Assembly: GCF_006345805.1 (NCBI RefSeq)
Contig: NC_043012.1
Coordinates: forward strand, 33,480,001-33,544,000
Origin: Octopus sinensis
Taxonomy: Eukaryota
Reading direction: 5' to 3'
Length of the DNA: 64,000 nucleotides
Made by a program: the position numbers and the translations under genes. The notes beneath the pieces are model-generated. The model was not told where the DNA came from, did not search any database, and saw only the letters and a list, made by a program, of their open reading frames with translations. Each line of letters opens with the position of its first letter. Position 1 is the stretch's first letter. Positions 35,693 through 50,235 of this stretch are shown piece by piece.

Positions 35693-36293
35693 AGTTATAC
35701 CTACAACGATTCCTTCTTCACATAACGGAGACTAAGGAAGTAAAACGATCAACACAGACAAGATAGACTTTCATGCATGTGTATATATATAGTGATGGCA
35801 ATGGACTACAACAGACTGCCTTTGATGTCTCTCATCCAAGATATTCCCAGACGATGTGAACTGGGTGTTGACGGGGTGGTAGCAACAGGGGTGGGAGATG
35901 ACACGGGAGAAAGAACCTAACCACTGTTGTAGTTTCACTTTAGGAATAGATTCAAGGCCAAGGTGGCACACAAGCCTTCTTTCTTGTTCAGGAAGAAGCA
36001 ACTAAGACAGAAGGCACTCTAGGGAGGTATTAATTTTAGTTCTTATTATTACCATCTCCGAAGCTAGTTCTCTCAATATAAAATATAGACGCATACATAG
36101 AGGTGCAGAAGCACATACATTCAAACACACTCACACACACTCACACACAGATACACGCATAAACACACTCGCACACAAAGATACATATGCAACACAGATA
36201 CACAAACAGGAACAAATGCACACATACGTATGTGTGTATGTATGTGCGTGTGTCAGCGCTTGTATGATATCTTAAAGATGACATTTTAGCAAT

Positions 36294-36330
<37 letters not shown>

Positions 36331-36331
<1 letters not shown>

Positions 36332-36752
36332 TAATATAGACAGCAGTGTGCAATGTTTTACCAAAAATTAAAACTATAATTGTCACTAAATATGACTAGG
36401 GTGTTAGAGACACCTACACTGCTAGAAATAAGAGCCAAAATGTAGCATTGTCCCTAATCATATTTAGTGACAACCATAGTTTTCCTTTTTGATTACACAT
36501 TGCACACTGATGCCTATATTAACTTTATGTACACACATTAGCAATTGGCTAAATCATCCATAGATTTTATGGTGAAATACATACCAGGAGTGGATGTGTG
36601 GTAAGTATCTTGCTTACCAGCCACATGGTTCCGTGTTCAGTCCCATTGCGCGGTACCTTGGGAAAGTGTCTTCTTCTATAGCCACGGGCCGACCGAAGCC
36701 TCGTGAGTGGATTTGATAGACGGAAACTGAAAGAAGCCCGTCGTATATATAT

Positions 36753-36783
<31 letters not shown>

Positions 36784-37262
36784 GTGTGTGTGGTGTTGTG
36801 TGTGTGTGTGTGTGTGTTTGGTGTCTGTGTTTGTCCCCCCCAACATCCCTTGAAAACCGATGCTGGTGTGTTTACGTCCCTGTAACTTAGCGGTTCGGAA
36901 AAAGAGACCGATAGTGTAAGTATTAGGCTTACAAAGAATAAGTCCTGGGGGTCGATTTGCTCGACTAAAGGCGGTGCTCCAGCATGGCCGCAGGCAAATG
37001 ACTGAAACAAATAAAAGGATAAAACAAAACTGACAAAGAACTCAGGAATCCAATGAAGTCCAGCCAGTTCTTACCGATGAGGCAACAGAAAATGACTGGT
37101 AAGGATGGGAGATTTTCGATCGGTGTTTTGGGGCGATTATAGTCCCTGTCAGTATATGTGTATATAAGTAGGTACTTTGACTACAGTATTAGAGCATTTT
37201 AGCTCTTATTTCTGGCAATGTAGGTGTTTCTAACATCTTAGTCATATTTATGACAATTATAT
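36331..37262. mobile_element. Older element with nested inverted duplications, interrupted by a SINE
   Basis: 36331-36401 inverted at 36452-36522; 36375-36442 inverted at 37195-37262. Confidence 0.6.
36585..37020 (+). mobile_element. SINE family A, full length
   Basis: Head, CORE-like block, central microsatellite and tail. Confidence 0.88.
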
Positions 37263-37288
37263 ATATATGTTATATATATATATATATA

Positions 37289-37331
<43 letters not shown>

Positions 37332-37409
37332 ATATATATATATACACACACATATAATATATCATATATCTATATCCCACATTATATATATTATATTATT
37401 ACTTTTTAA

Positions 37410-37850
37410 TTATGAGTATAATTATAATTAGGGTTCAGCAAAAAGAATTTGCTTTGCCACATACCGAACTTTTAGAAAGACCAGCCAAAAAACTTAGCTA
37501 TTCTTCTACTATAAGAAGAATCTCCCAGACAACGTATACTCGAAAACAATTCACGTAGGCTTAAAGGAAAAACAACGAAAATTCACTCGGCATTTGATTA
37601 CGGACGCGTTTCTGAGTTAGATAGATATGGAGATGCAAGAATTACATCTTCATTCTACCATTCTCTTCATCAGCACAAGATTTCACGATTTTAAATTAGA
37701 GAGCACTGAAAATATTGAACATACCTATCTGATTCAAGTATCATCAGACAAACTATATCCAACATCCAGTACCAACGAATTCAAAATATACGAATGAGGC
37801 TTCGTATTCTCCCTCACCCACCCACGTGTGTTGTCGAGCAACAAAATTCC
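37410..37850 (-). mobile_element. Hammerhead-containing non-coding element, homologous to 56510-56961
   Basis: Shared block cacgtgggtgg..agggagaata...attcg(t/c)tggtactgg; motif 37598-37678 CTGATGA a gag...ctc a GAAA cgc GTC; terminal ttcggtatgtgg. Confidence 0.7.
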
Positions 37851-38043
37851 TACAGAAAAAACTATCTATATAGTAGACCGGGTTTTTAAATACGTTCATC
37901 ACAAACAAATTACAGAACAGAAAAAGGTAATTTCAGTTGGATTTGAGGTGTAATTTTGCGCGTGCAAGAAATAACATAATTCGTACAGATATTTTACCTA
38001 GAGTTTGTGTGTGTATGGGGGGAGTGCGTGTGTGTGTGTGAAC

Positions 38044-38075
<32 letters not shown>

Positions 38076-38907
38076 ATGTGTGTGTGTGTGCATGTGTGTG
38101 CGTGAAAAGAAGTTATTTTATTGCATTCTTTCGTTTGAAGCAGCAAAGTTAACAACTCAATCATATAGTCGATCATATGGGATCATATGATCGTTCTTTA
38201 ATTTCCGTAATTTTGTTTTATTTTTATGCTTTGAAGAGAGCAGAAATTGAAAGAAAGGGGAAAGTGAAAAGTTGACATTTGCTTTGAAGTGAGAGCAAAA
38301 AGTGAAAGAGAGGAGAAAGTGAAAGATGTATATATGTGTATATGAAATGGACGTGTGTGTATGTGTGTGTGTGCGCGCGTGTTAGTGTGTGTGTGTCTGT
38401 GAGTGCGTGCACGTATGTTGCGTGTACATGAGAGAGAAAGAGAGAGAGGGTGTGTGTGAGTGAGGGTGTGTGTTGTCAGGTATGTATTTTTTGCATCTAT
38501 ACGTAAGTGGCACTTCCTCTCTCTCTCACTCACATATCATATACACGTACCTAAATATATACGCATACATCTCTTTTCTATGTATGCGTGCGCGTGCATG
38601 TGAGAGAGTGAGTGACTGTATTTCCTCATAACATATAGAGAAATGGATGTCTTTTTTGCTTGTTACTTATTTTAATACAATAATTATGTCTACGTTTTCA
38701 TAAATGTTTGTCTGAGTAGAATTCTACGCATACGTGAAACATCAGACAAAAGTGAAACATTAGAACCAAATCAAAATATTGCCTGAAAATGACCTCAAAA
38801 TTGTGCGACCCGACCTCGTTTCCAATGTTATTTAAGTTGTAATAAATAGCTGTGCTAAAAACATAGTCTATTTGGTAGCCCTTATATATATATATAATAT
38901 ATATATA

Positions 38908-38948
<41 letters not shown>

Positions 38949-39061
38949 GTATATATATATATAATTATTCTACATCCTTGCGTTGTTGTCTTTTGTTTTC
39001 TTGTTTCGATTAACTTTATATATATATATATATATATTATATATACATATATATAATATAT

Positions 39062-39255
39062 ATCGTTCATCCAAACAAGAAACCCACAAAAAAAACACAA
39101 CAACGCGAGGACGTGGAACAAATATAGTATATTGGACGCTCAGGAAAGAAGGAAAGAAGGAGGATTTAACGTTTCGAGCGGAGCTCTTCGTCGGAAACAT
39201 AGGAGAAGGAAAGATCCAGAGAAGGGAAGACAGAGGAAAAAAAATCGCCAACGGT
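39062..39255 (-). mobile_element. Short hammerhead-motif element (core variant CCGACGA, 39164-39198)
   Basis: Reverse complement closely matches 27743-27898. Confidence 0.75.
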
Positions 39256-39272
39256 AGAGAGAAAGAGAAAGA

Positions 39273-39324
<52 letters not shown>

Positions 39325-39782
39325 AGAGATGATAAGTAGCTTTGTTTATTAAAGTACAGATGTGACTAATTCTGAGAAATGTTACTTTCATAATTCACAT
39401 ATGGTCACTCGCGTAATGCAACACTTTGTCATTTTGGTTCAACTTGGAAGTGTGAAATTATTTTCACTTTCTAATGAAACCTGGTCGTTGTAGAGCAGTG
39501 TCTTTCAAATAACTATGGCTGGTTGTTGAGATAACGTATAACATATATAAATGAAAATAAAGTTAATGTGGTAGCCGAAAGACTACTGAATCTTTTGATA
39601 CCCAACATGTCAAAATCGGCAACTCAGCTTTCGGATGCACAATGGACATACGCACATACACCCGCACACACAGGCACACGCACACACAAGCACACGCACA
39701 CACACACAAACTCTCTTGTATATACATAGATATTTATATAGATATATATAATCACATATATGCATATATATATATATGAGTG

Positions 39783-39785
<3 letters not shown>

Positions 39786-39834
<49 letters not shown>

Positions 39835-39917
39835 GTACGCGCATTTGCTCCAAAGCAAGGTGATTACTTTCTGAAGTGTTATAGTTGGTGGATGTAGTAT
39901 AACTAAGAGAAAGAGAG

Positions 39918-39991
<74 letters not shown>

Positions 39992-40006
39992 AAGAGAGAG
40001 AGAGAA

Positions 40007-40051
<45 letters not shown>

Positions 40052-40080
40052 GGGGAGAGAGAAAGAGGAGGGAAAGAAAG
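39786..40080. repeat. (CT)n and (GA)n microsatellites in opposing orientation
   Basis: Direct reading. Confidence 0.9.
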
Positions 40081-40470
40081 AAGGTATGTTTAATGTTGCT
40101 AATCTTAATGAAATCTCCATCAAATCACACCCCACCGTCTTAAAAATAAACCTATATGGAGGATAGTGTAGTTGTAGACATATATTATATTTTAAACAGA
40201 GACTGAACGGTCACGGTTGTAGCGCTTTTGGTGTGTACCGGGTTAATCCCACTCCACCAACGAGCAAACGATGTCGCCTTGAATTGATAACTAGTCATGC
40301 TAAATATAGCAGTTAAATCGTCATCAGATTAAAGGAAGGATACACTGAATAATGTAATTGCAGCAAATGTGCAATGCACGAAAGAAAGACCTGACGTTTA
40401 TAGCTGAAGCCCCTTTGATTCTAGGTCAGTTCGATCATGCCCCACCTTAGGCTAAACAACAACAACAAGT

Positions 40471-40850
40471 GGAGGCGCAATGGCCCAGTGGTTAGGGCAG
40501 CGGACTCGCGGTTTCGATTCCCAGGCCGGGCGTAGTGAGTGTTTATTGACGAAAACACCTAAAGCTCCACGAGGCTCCGGCAGGGTCAGGGTTAGGTGGC
40601 GACCACCCATTGTACTCTTTCGCTCCAACTTTCTCTCACTCTTTCTTCCTGTTTCTTGTCCCCGACTTCCTACGCAACCGCTGAGCCTGGATGCGCATTC
40701 ATCCATCCGTCGATGCTCTCGGTGTCGGGGGTTGACCCGCTTTCTCTTCTGCGGGTCTTACGAATAGCAAAGGACCACGTATAGAAAAGTTCTCACTCTA
40801 CCGAGGCGCGATCTTGCGAGCTCTGGCACGAAGACCGCTTCGCTCAACAG
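40471..40850 (+). mobile_element. tRNA-derived SINE (family D)
   Basis: A box tggcccagtgg, B box gtttcgattcc, GC-rich body, CAA/CAG tail. Confidence 0.7.
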
Positions 40851-41579
40851 CAACAACAGTAGCAACAGCAGCAGCAGCATGAATGGCAGCAGCATGGTTC
40901 CTCTGCCGTGCAACACCTCACCCAGCAAGGGTTAACCAGTTACAACCAGAAATTAATAATGCAAGTCCAACAACAAAGAATTCTATGAGTAACACCTATC
41001 GCTAGGTTTCTAAAGGCAAAAAACCATAGCAAACTCCAACAGAGCTGCAGGAATTTGTGTACCATTCCTATTCATTGTTGACACATACAAAACAAACCGA
41101 TTCTCCGGTTTTAATTAGATAATAACGTTATCTCCAATATTTCAACATTTTTGGTTATTTTTACTTCCAATTTCACCTGTTACCAGCTGAGATAAACACA
41201 TTTAAAAAATTTTCCAATACGTTTTTTTTTTATCTTTCCAACACTGTCAAACATTAGGATAAAACAACAAGACAAAGCAACGACATAGAAATGTTTATTT
41301 ACTTTGTAAATTCATCACTGCAGCATTTCCGCTTAACCCTAACAATTTCACTGTTTAGCTGTTAGCATTAATATAATTTACTTCAACAGCTACAACATCC
41401 CGCTAATAATATCTTAATACATTTACCTGCATTGTGAATCGGTGTAGGCACCGTTATGTCGTTATATTCGCTTCATAACAACGTGATTCCGGGTTCGAAG
41501 CCGCTGAGTGGCATCTTGAGCAGCTTTCTTCTACTGGAGTCTTTGGAAAACCAATAACTAGAAAGTAGACTTTATACAC

Positions 41580-41804
41580 AGCCTGGTAGAAACGTTAGCA
41601 CACCGGGCGATATGCGTAGCCATATTTCGTCTGTCTTTACGTTCTGAGTTCAAATTCCGCCGAGGTCGACTTTGCCTTTCATCCTTTCGGGGTTGGTAAA
41701 TCAAGTACCAGTTACGCACTAGGGTCGATGTAATCCAATTAATCCCTTTGTCTGTCCTTGTTTGTCCCCTCTGTGTTTAGCCCCTTGTGGGTAGTAAAGA
41801 AATA
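41580..41804 (+). mobile_element. SINE family B monomer
   Basis: Core plus Tx1-type tail. Confidence 0.88.
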
Positions 41805-41904
41805 TATATTATAATTTTAGAACCATAGTATCCTCTTTTGGGAAAACTGTTTTTTTAATTATAAGTTAATTTAATTATAATTTTTTAATTATAAGTTAAT
41901 ATTG

Positions 41905-42098
41905 ATTTCAAATTTTCGCACAAGGCCAGCAGTCGATTACATTAACCCCCACTGTTCCGTTGATACTTATTTCATCGATCCCGAAAGGATGAAAACCAAC
42001 GCCTACCTCAGGGGAATTTGAACTCAGAATATAAAAACGGTCCAAATGCTACTATACATTTTACCCGGCGTGCTAACGATTCTGTCAGCTGGCCGCCT
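41905..42098 (-). mobile_element. Diverged SINE family B (third tail type)
   Basis: ccgaaaggatgaaa...gaatttgaactcagaa...ggcgtgctaacg. Confidence 0.75.
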
Positions 42099-42704
42099 AT
42101 TATAAGTCTATATTAAATCCTTAATTTGATGTTGTTGCTTCTATTAATAAATTTATGTTGGCGTATTGGACATGTTACGTATTTTGCTCCTGCCGATTAC
42201 TACTGAATCCCAGACAGCATTTATGTTGACATCGCCAGAATGAATGGTTCTGCCCAGGTGTCGAAAACATAGTGGTATCCGTTTGGCAGCTGATGATGGG
42301 GATACATATTTGTTATGCCTGTTTGTGAATTTTTATGTCTTAGTCTCATTATTTTCAGTTGCCCCTCATTCTAGTAAAGTGGAAAGTGTTTGTGGATTCA
42401 TGGTTTGTGGAGATTACTTACATGGATATTGATTGCTTTTCTAGGTACATGGCTACATACATACACAAACATATATAGGCAAAGCATGAATGCATACAAA
42501 TGTATATATATATATGTATGCGCACATACACACGCGCGCACAAAACCCCCTGGCAGGCGAAAGAAAGAAAAGGAAAAAATCAATGAAATTCTAACATTAT
42601 TTACAAATTTTACAATTTCGAAATATTATAATAATAGAATATCATTAATTTATATATTGTGATAAAACTAGCACCGTCATGCGATACGCAATCATCAGGC
42701 TTAT

Positions 42705-42773
<69 letters not shown>

Positions 42774-43395
42774 ACAGTTGTGTTCAACAGTTGACAACTG
42801 TAGTGAAATGATTAAATTTATCCTTTAAATATATTCCGATAGGCTCCAGCAGGCTGAATCTCACGAAATGTGTTTTGACCAATCAGTATGTGACTTACAT
42901 GTCACGGTTTGGTGACTGTGCCAACTTGGTTAGCATTTATCATGCCTTTTCAATGAAATAGGTTGGCCAATTGGCTAAAATATACAAATATATATACAGT
43001 GTATTGTTCGCTTGTTGATAGAGTTAGGAAAACAGGAGTCAATCTAACGAGATATAAATATCCTTTAATGAAAGCAAAAGTTATATGTAAGCTACTTCAA
43101 GCTCATGTTCTGATAATGCAGTAATCGGATGGGATTGTATAGGTCATGCAATGAGTCTCAAATAAAATGGTTATTCCAGTGAGAAAGAAAAATAAGTTAT
43201 GCGAAAAAACCTTTTTCTTCTTGCATTCCCTCACGGAGTAGCCATGTCATCCGAATCCAAGCGATTGCCAGATCGTATAGTGGAGGTTTAACAAGGCCGT
43301 CCGATTACTAGTCAACTCGATCATGAAACTTGAGATAACTCACGTATAACTTCTGTATTCATTAAACGACACGAACCATACATGCACAGTGTATT

Positions 43396-43628
43396 TATTT
43401 CTTTACTACCCACAAAGGGCTAAACACAGAGGGGACAAACAAGGACAGACAAAGGGATTAAGTCGATTACATCGAACTCAGTGCGTAACTGGTACTTAAT
43501 TTATCGACCCCGAAAGGATGAAAGGCAAAGTCGACCTCGGCGGAATTTGAACTTCGAACGTAACGACAGGCGAAATACGGCAACGCATTTCGACCGGCGT
43601 GCTAACGTTTCTGCCAGCTCGCCGCCTT
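43396..43628 (-). mobile_element. SINE family B monomer
   Basis: Full unit; flanking direct repeat cagtgtatt. Confidence 0.88.
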
Positions 43629-44191
43629 GTATTGCAGTGTATTGCAAGGTATACCTACTTACATAATATGTGTCTATGTGTGTGTTTATAGCAGTGTAAA
43701 ACAGTGCGTCAGTCTGCGTCTTTTTATTTTAGAGATCGACAAAGTACTGACCAGACTGTAATGGGTGTTTGTTCGATATAATCAAATATAAGCCACACTC
43801 TAATTGATTGAAACCACTGTAAGAATCGAGACTATTTATCTATGATTTAAATTTAATCCTGTGACACCTAGTTAGATTTCACAGTATAAATTAACGGCAT
43901 ATAATTATTTCAAATACAAATCTTGTAAATAATTAGTGAATACGTCTGAAAAATCACATCACACTTCCTAACCGTATCGTGGTAATGAGATATGGCCGTA
44001 TTCGTTTTGGGACTACACTAAGTGTACTTCTTGGTCGTCGCTAGCCTTGCTAGAAGAAGCAGTGAAATTCTTCCCCGAAATTGCACTTTCAAACAACAAA
44101 GGACGCATGAAACATCTAGTCCTACACACACCTAAAAAGACAGGATGGTCACGACTGGAATACATTAATATCTTAATACAGAAGCACTCAT

Positions 44192-44797
44192 AAGGCGGCG
44201 AGCTGGCAGAAATGTTAGCACGCCGAGCGAAATGCTTAGCGGCATTTCGTCTGCCATTACGTTCTGAGTTCAAATTCCGCCGAGGTTGACTTTGCCTTTC
44301 ATCTTTTCAGGGTTGATAAATTAAGTACCAGTTACGCACTGAGGTCGATGTAATCGACTTAATCCGTGTGTCTGTTCTTGTTTGTCCTCTCTGTGTTTAG
44401 CCCCTTGTGTGTAGTAAAGAAATATGTATTTCGTCTGCCGTTACGTTGTGAGTTCAAATTCCGCCGAGGTTGACTTTGCCTTTCATCCTTTCGGGGTCGA
44501 TAAATTAAGTACCAGTTACGCCCTGGGGTCGATGTAATCGACTTAATTCCTTTGTCTGTCCTTGTGTGTCCCCTCTATGTTTATCCCTTTGTGGGTAATA
44601 AAGAAATAAGAAACGTTAGCACGCCGAGTGAAATGCTTAGCGGTATTTCGTCTGCTGTTACGTTCTGAGTTCAAATTCCGCCGAAGTTGACTGTGCCTTT
44701 CATCCTTTCGAGGTCGATAAATTAAGTACCATTTACGTACTGGGGTCGATCTAATCGACTGGCTTCCTCCCCCAAAATTTCGGGCCTTGTAGAAAAG
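44192..44797 (+). mobile_element. SINE family B trimer with 15-bp TSD
   Basis: TSD aatacagaagcactc at 44175-44189 and 44798-44812; two Tx1-type tails, then a second tail type. Confidence 0.9.
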
Positions 44798-45651
44798 AAT
44801 ACAGAAGCACTCGTTAAATAATGTCATCTTAGATACATCATGCCAGAATATAAGGAACAAGAGATGCTCCTGGCTGAAATATCTTTGGTGATTGGTCGAT
44901 CCAGATCGATCCAAGATTAAAGAACAACAACATTACACAACAACTAAATTTTTTTAAATCACTGATACAGGGAACGAGGTGAGGCGGGGGCTGGAGGTGT
45001 GATTGCTCATCCCCCAATTGCAGGGACTCGGAGACAGGTGAGGTAGGAGTGAGGGCTGAATGTATCTGCAGACCTGCATCATGGCTCTCGAAACTTACAA
45101 TACATTGGGACCCGCCAAAGGAACACAATGATCAAAAGAGGATTTTGTTATAATAGCAGCAGCAGCATCAACAGCAGCAGCAGCAGCAGTAGCAGTAGTA
45201 GTAGTAGTTGTAGTAGTAGCAGTAGTAGTAGTAGTAGTAGTAGTAGTAGGAGGAGGAGAGGAGGAGGAGGAGGTGGAGGAGGACAGGAAGAGGAGATGGA
45301 ATAGAAGGTAAAAAGAGTGGTGATGGTAGCGATGGTGGCAATGCTGGTGGTGGTGGTGGTTGGTGGCAAGACGAAATTTTGCAGTTCCAGACGCGGAATG
45401 GAAACCAGAGATAAAGTGTCGAAATGTTATAGCTGCGAGGCAAATAGTGCAGTTCCAGAACACCACCGAATCGGTTGTCATTTTTGATTCTATTATTTTT
45501 TTACCTTTTTGTGTGCGTGTTTTTTGGTAGGTGGAGAGTATGGCGGGTGGTGCGGGTGGTGGTGGCAATGGATACAGCAGTTCAGACAATAAATCACACA
45601 CGTTGCTGAATAGTGGAAATGAAAGAGTAAATCATAGACATTATATTAATA

Positions 45652-45713
<62 letters not shown>

Positions 45714-45980
45714 ATATATGTATGTATGTATATATAGATATATAGATGCATATATAGATATATGTATATATATAGATATATATATACATACATATTTATA
45801 TATATATATATAAAATGGAAGAAAATTTTGGACTGTAGCCATTTTCAAGATATTTAGCATCAAGCAGGACTGTTACCATAGAGAGTTAATTATCTCAAAC
45901 ATTATCAGACATTTACATAGCACAACAGTCAGAAGATAGAACCGAAATGCGTGTCTCTATGTGTATATGAGTATGTGTAT

Positions 45981-46078
<98 letters not shown>

Positions 46079-46111
46079 ATATAATAATATAATATATATA
46101 TATATATATTT

Positions 46112-46185
<74 letters not shown>

Positions 46186-46245
46186 AATGTACAATATATA
46201 TAACATCAATATATACATCTATATATATATATATATGTATATATG

Positions 46246-46277
<32 letters not shown>

Positions 46278-46286
46278 TACATACAT

Positions 46287-46317
<31 letters not shown>

Positions 46318-47008
46318 CATGAATATGTGCGTGTATGTATCTATATGTTTGTATTTATGTGTATGTATATATGTTTATATATGTATGTGCATATATGAGA
46401 AGGAGGGAGAATACCTCTTGTGTGTGTGTGGTGTGTGTGTGTGTGTGTGTGTAAAAGAAAAGGCGTCAGAGTATAACAATATGTGTTTGTGATAAATCTC
46501 TTTTGTGGAGGCTCGTGTTGGAATATTGGATGAAATATCAGTAAAGTTGAAGTTGTCAGGTGCTCTAAGTGTTTGTTGAGGTGTGGAATTGGGTGGTGGG
46601 AGGGAAGAGGAGGAGGATGGGAGGAGGAGAGTAATTCGTGTTGGTGTAGAGGGTGGAGGGGGAGGAGAGAGGAGGTCGGTGTGGGGGATGGTTGCTGTAA
46701 GAGAGTCGATGAAGAAGTGAGAAGCTCAAAGAAATGAAAAACGAAGATGAAGAATATGAAAGAAGGAAGAATAGAAGAAAAAGAACAACCAGAAGGGTAA
46801 AAAGATTAAAACAACAACAACAACAATAATAAACTTTTTTTTATTAGCCACAAGGGCTCAAGGAGGTACAAAAAACACGAATCTATCGCGAGGAGTTTGA
46901 AAGGAAGAAATGAAAAATTAGGGTTGTGGAACACACGCTGAAAAATATGAAATGGAACAGATAAACAGATATACAATGTAGAAGAAGAAAGTGCTAAGAC
47001 TGTAAAAC

Positions 47009-47045
<37 letters not shown>

Positions 47046-47079
47046 ATATATATATATATTTTTTTTTTTTCTACATACC

Positions 47080-47171
<92 letters not shown>

Positions 47172-47174
<3 letters not shown>

Positions 47175-47346
47175 CGCAGGAGTGGCTGTGTGGTAAGTAG
47201 CTTGCTAACCAACCACATGGTTCCGGGTTCAGTCCCACTGCGTGGCATCTTGGGCAAGTGTCTTCTGCTATAGCCCCGGGTCGACCAATGCCTTGTTTTG
47301 AGTGGATTGGTAGACGGAAACTGAAAGAAGCTGTCGTATATGTATG

Positions 47347-47377
<31 letters not shown>

Positions 47378-47585
47378 CTGTGTTTGTCCCCCTAGCATCG
47401 CTTGACAACCGATGCTGGTGTGTTTACGTCCCCGTTACTTAGCGGTTCGGCAAAAGAGACCGATAGAATAAGTACTGGGCTTACAAAGAATAAGTCCCGG
47501 GGTCGAGTTGCTCGACTAAAGGCGGTGCTCCAGCATGGCCGCAGTCGAATGACTGAAACAAGTAGAAGAGTAAAAGAGTAAAAAG
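47172..47585 (+). mobile_element. SINE family A, full length and well conserved
   Basis: ggcgcaggagtggctgtgtggtaag...gactgaaacaagtagaagagtaaaagag. Confidence 0.9.
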
Positions 47586-47802
47586 AGAGAGATATATATG
47601 CATAGGGTCTCAATGCCACCATTACCTCTTATATATATAATATATGTATACAACTTATAAATAAGGGCAAACGAAAAAATTTCTAATGCCAAATATGCCG
47701 AAAATTGGACATATTGTCCATTTACCATATAATTTTTTTCTCAATACGCACGCTACTTGAAAAAAGGTCGACAGAAATCTCTAAAAAATTCCATTATTAC
47801 CA

Positions 47803-47856
47803 TATCGGACCGATTTCAGGGTTAGTTCAAAAAGAACCCTCCCTTCGTCAGTGATA
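47803..47856 (-). ncRNA. Type I hammerhead-like motif inside a (TA)n-terminated element (~47630-48000)
   Basis: Minus strand: tatca CTGACGA a ggg..gttc-ttttt-gaac..ccc t GAAA tcg GTC cgata. Confidence 0.6.
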
Positions 47857-48089
47857 CATGTGGCAAAGAGGTAAATGAGATACTTACTCATACCCATGGA
47901 AGAAGCAAACACTAAGTCATGAGCACAACTAAGTACCCCAAATAAATCCAAAATTGAAATACTCTAGACCATTCAAGACACGTGCGATTTGAACTGAGGC
48001 ACTCACAGAGTTGGAGAGTCCGGAATATATATGAATATATATGTGTGTGTATTTGTGCGTGCGCTTTTACATCATTTTAGGCTTCGAAT

Positions 48090-48253
48090 GACCCCCACCC
48101 CGCTGGCAAGGCGTGCAGACCAACGTTCCACTCTGATTAAAACGGGCACAAGAGCAACGTGAAATGAAGTATTTTACACAAGAACACAACGTGCCAACTG
48201 ATCAGCGAATCGAACCCAAGATCTAGTGGTCGCGAGTGCGACAGCCTAACCAA
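48090..48253 (-). mobile_element. Degenerate tRNA-derived SINE fragment
   Basis: Minus strand: tggttagg...gggttcgattc...cgttgtgttcttg..aaaatacttcatttcacgttgctc. Confidence 0.55.
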
Positions 48254-48264
48254 TATATATATAT

Positions 48265-48296
<32 letters not shown>

Positions 48297-48399
48297 ATAT
48301 TAATATTATATATATATATAATATATATACATACATATATATATTATATATATATATATATGAAAGTTAATTGGTTAGATTGAGTAAAGGCATCCCTTG

Positions 48400-49030
48400 G
48401 CCCTGTTCGCTTAACCATTTCTCAAATTGGGTAGGATTGGCTTGGTCTTTCTAATTCTTCCAGGCAATACAGCAATGAGGGGATTTTTACTACGACAGAT
48501 ACAGCAACATGGTTTTCTGACACATGTAGCAAATAGGCTTTCCTTAATCTCATGCTCTTTGTCTTGGTGTTTTCTACTAAGAACTTGTAAATTCCCTTTG
48601 ATGTCTCCTCACCACATGTTATATATCATTATCCTTGCTTTGGCCAATCGAGCATAATGGTGTACAAAAGTGATAACAAGCTACGTATCTACGTTGTTTC
48701 CGATCTGTCTTGTATTTTATTGACACACATATGGGGTAGGGATGTATGTCCAATAATTTTAGCCTGTATTTTAGACTGTCTTCACTTTTGAGGGTACTGA
48801 AGATAGTACCATTCATTTTTGGTTTGTTTACCCTTTTCAATTGAAAGCATTTCTCAAGAGTTATCCTGAAGTGTTTGCTGCATTTCTTATCATGAGGGCA
48901 TAATTCACCTATTCCCGTGCTTTCAGAAGCCGGGTTATATCATTTTTCTCTGTCTTTTCCCGAATTAGTCCTTGTAGCTATGAAAGGTTGTTCAATCTTA
49001 AATAATTTTTCTACTTATATTTTTCTTGTA
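48400..49030 (-). pseudogene. Possible decayed Penelope GIY-YIG endonuclease region
   Basis: Fragments KYKTDRKQRRY..YH, SIGQ and QVLS...IKESLF occur in the order expected for PLE C-termini; ends next to (TA)n; weak match. Confidence 0.4.
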
Positions 49031-50143
49031 GCTAAGACTTTACTCGTCTATCTTTCGAAGTATTTTCTCATCTATCTTTCGAAGTACTTTTATTGCTTAT
49101 CTCCAAGACGACCCAAATCAAACAGATCTGCGATCAAGGGATTCTAATCAGGATTATCCCGTAATTTTTCTTATTTAATATTGCTATATCTAATATATTC
49201 TTCATACTATATTGAGATGGTTGATTATAACTAGAGGGAGATTAAACTACTATTTCTAGCATATCGTATAACCACGCACAAGCCCTCATTTAATGAAACC
49301 CTCTTGATAGATTCTAAGCCAGGCGTTTATTAACAGAGATTCATTCAATAAACCTTATATCTTCCCCTATATATATCTGTGGCATTAGGCCAGTGTAAGA
49401 AATTATTATTGCTGTTGTTATTGTTGTTTCTGATGCCGGGAAGCTGTATCGTTATAGTTTCAAGCTGTTTGTCCTGGCATCGTCTGCTATTGAAGGAAGA
49501 CATCATCCGCCATGTTTTATGCCTGAAAAGTAAACGAATCATAAGGGGAAAAAATGGCACTCAGACGAAGAAACTATAAGGCTGATTCCCAGAAGACATC
49601 AGTCGCTAAACTGTACTGTGTCTGTCTGCTGGATTTCGTTGATTTCTTTGTTCGACTCTTTTTTCCTTATCTTTTTTTCTGTTATATTTTTTTTCGTAAT
49701 TTTCAGAACAGAACATGTACAGACATAACGGGGAACGGTTCTCTTTCTCCATTACGCTTTGAAGCTAATGGATGCGGTGCATCATGGGAAATTGCTCATA
49801 AAGTCAATTGTTTGGAGATATTGTTTCTAAATTTGGTAATTTGTATTGTTCAGAAAGCAAAAATATTCAAAAAATAACAGTAATGAAATTCTCAGAAGAT
49901 TTAGTATTATCTGGTGTTAATAGTAAATAACGGTTAAAGGAAGGAGAAAAATATGAAATGAATAGAGGAGGAGAACAAACGAAGAGGAAATGCTAGCACA
50001 CACATACTCACATCCTCTCACACCTACCTACCTACCTCCCTCCCTCCCTCCCTACCTACCTATTTACTCATATGTAAGTATATATATGTATATATCCGTA
50101 CATATATATACCTATATATACATATGTATGTGTGTATGTATGC

Positions 50144-50176
<33 letters not shown>

Positions 50177-50201
50177 TGTAGTATGTATGTATGTATGTAT
50201 G

Positions 50202-50235
<34 letters not shown>

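Noticed and set aside
37074-37130. ccgatgagg as a possible hammerhead in the 36331-37262 element
   Set aside because: No matching GAAA/stem III could be assembled
38705-38752. tttgtctga...gaaacatcagacaaa hairpin
   Set aside because: Core is not CUGANGA; probably a simple inverted repeat
49708-49835. Possible exon bounded by tttcag and gtaatt
   Set aside because: No recognisable coding signal; such sites are frequent by chance
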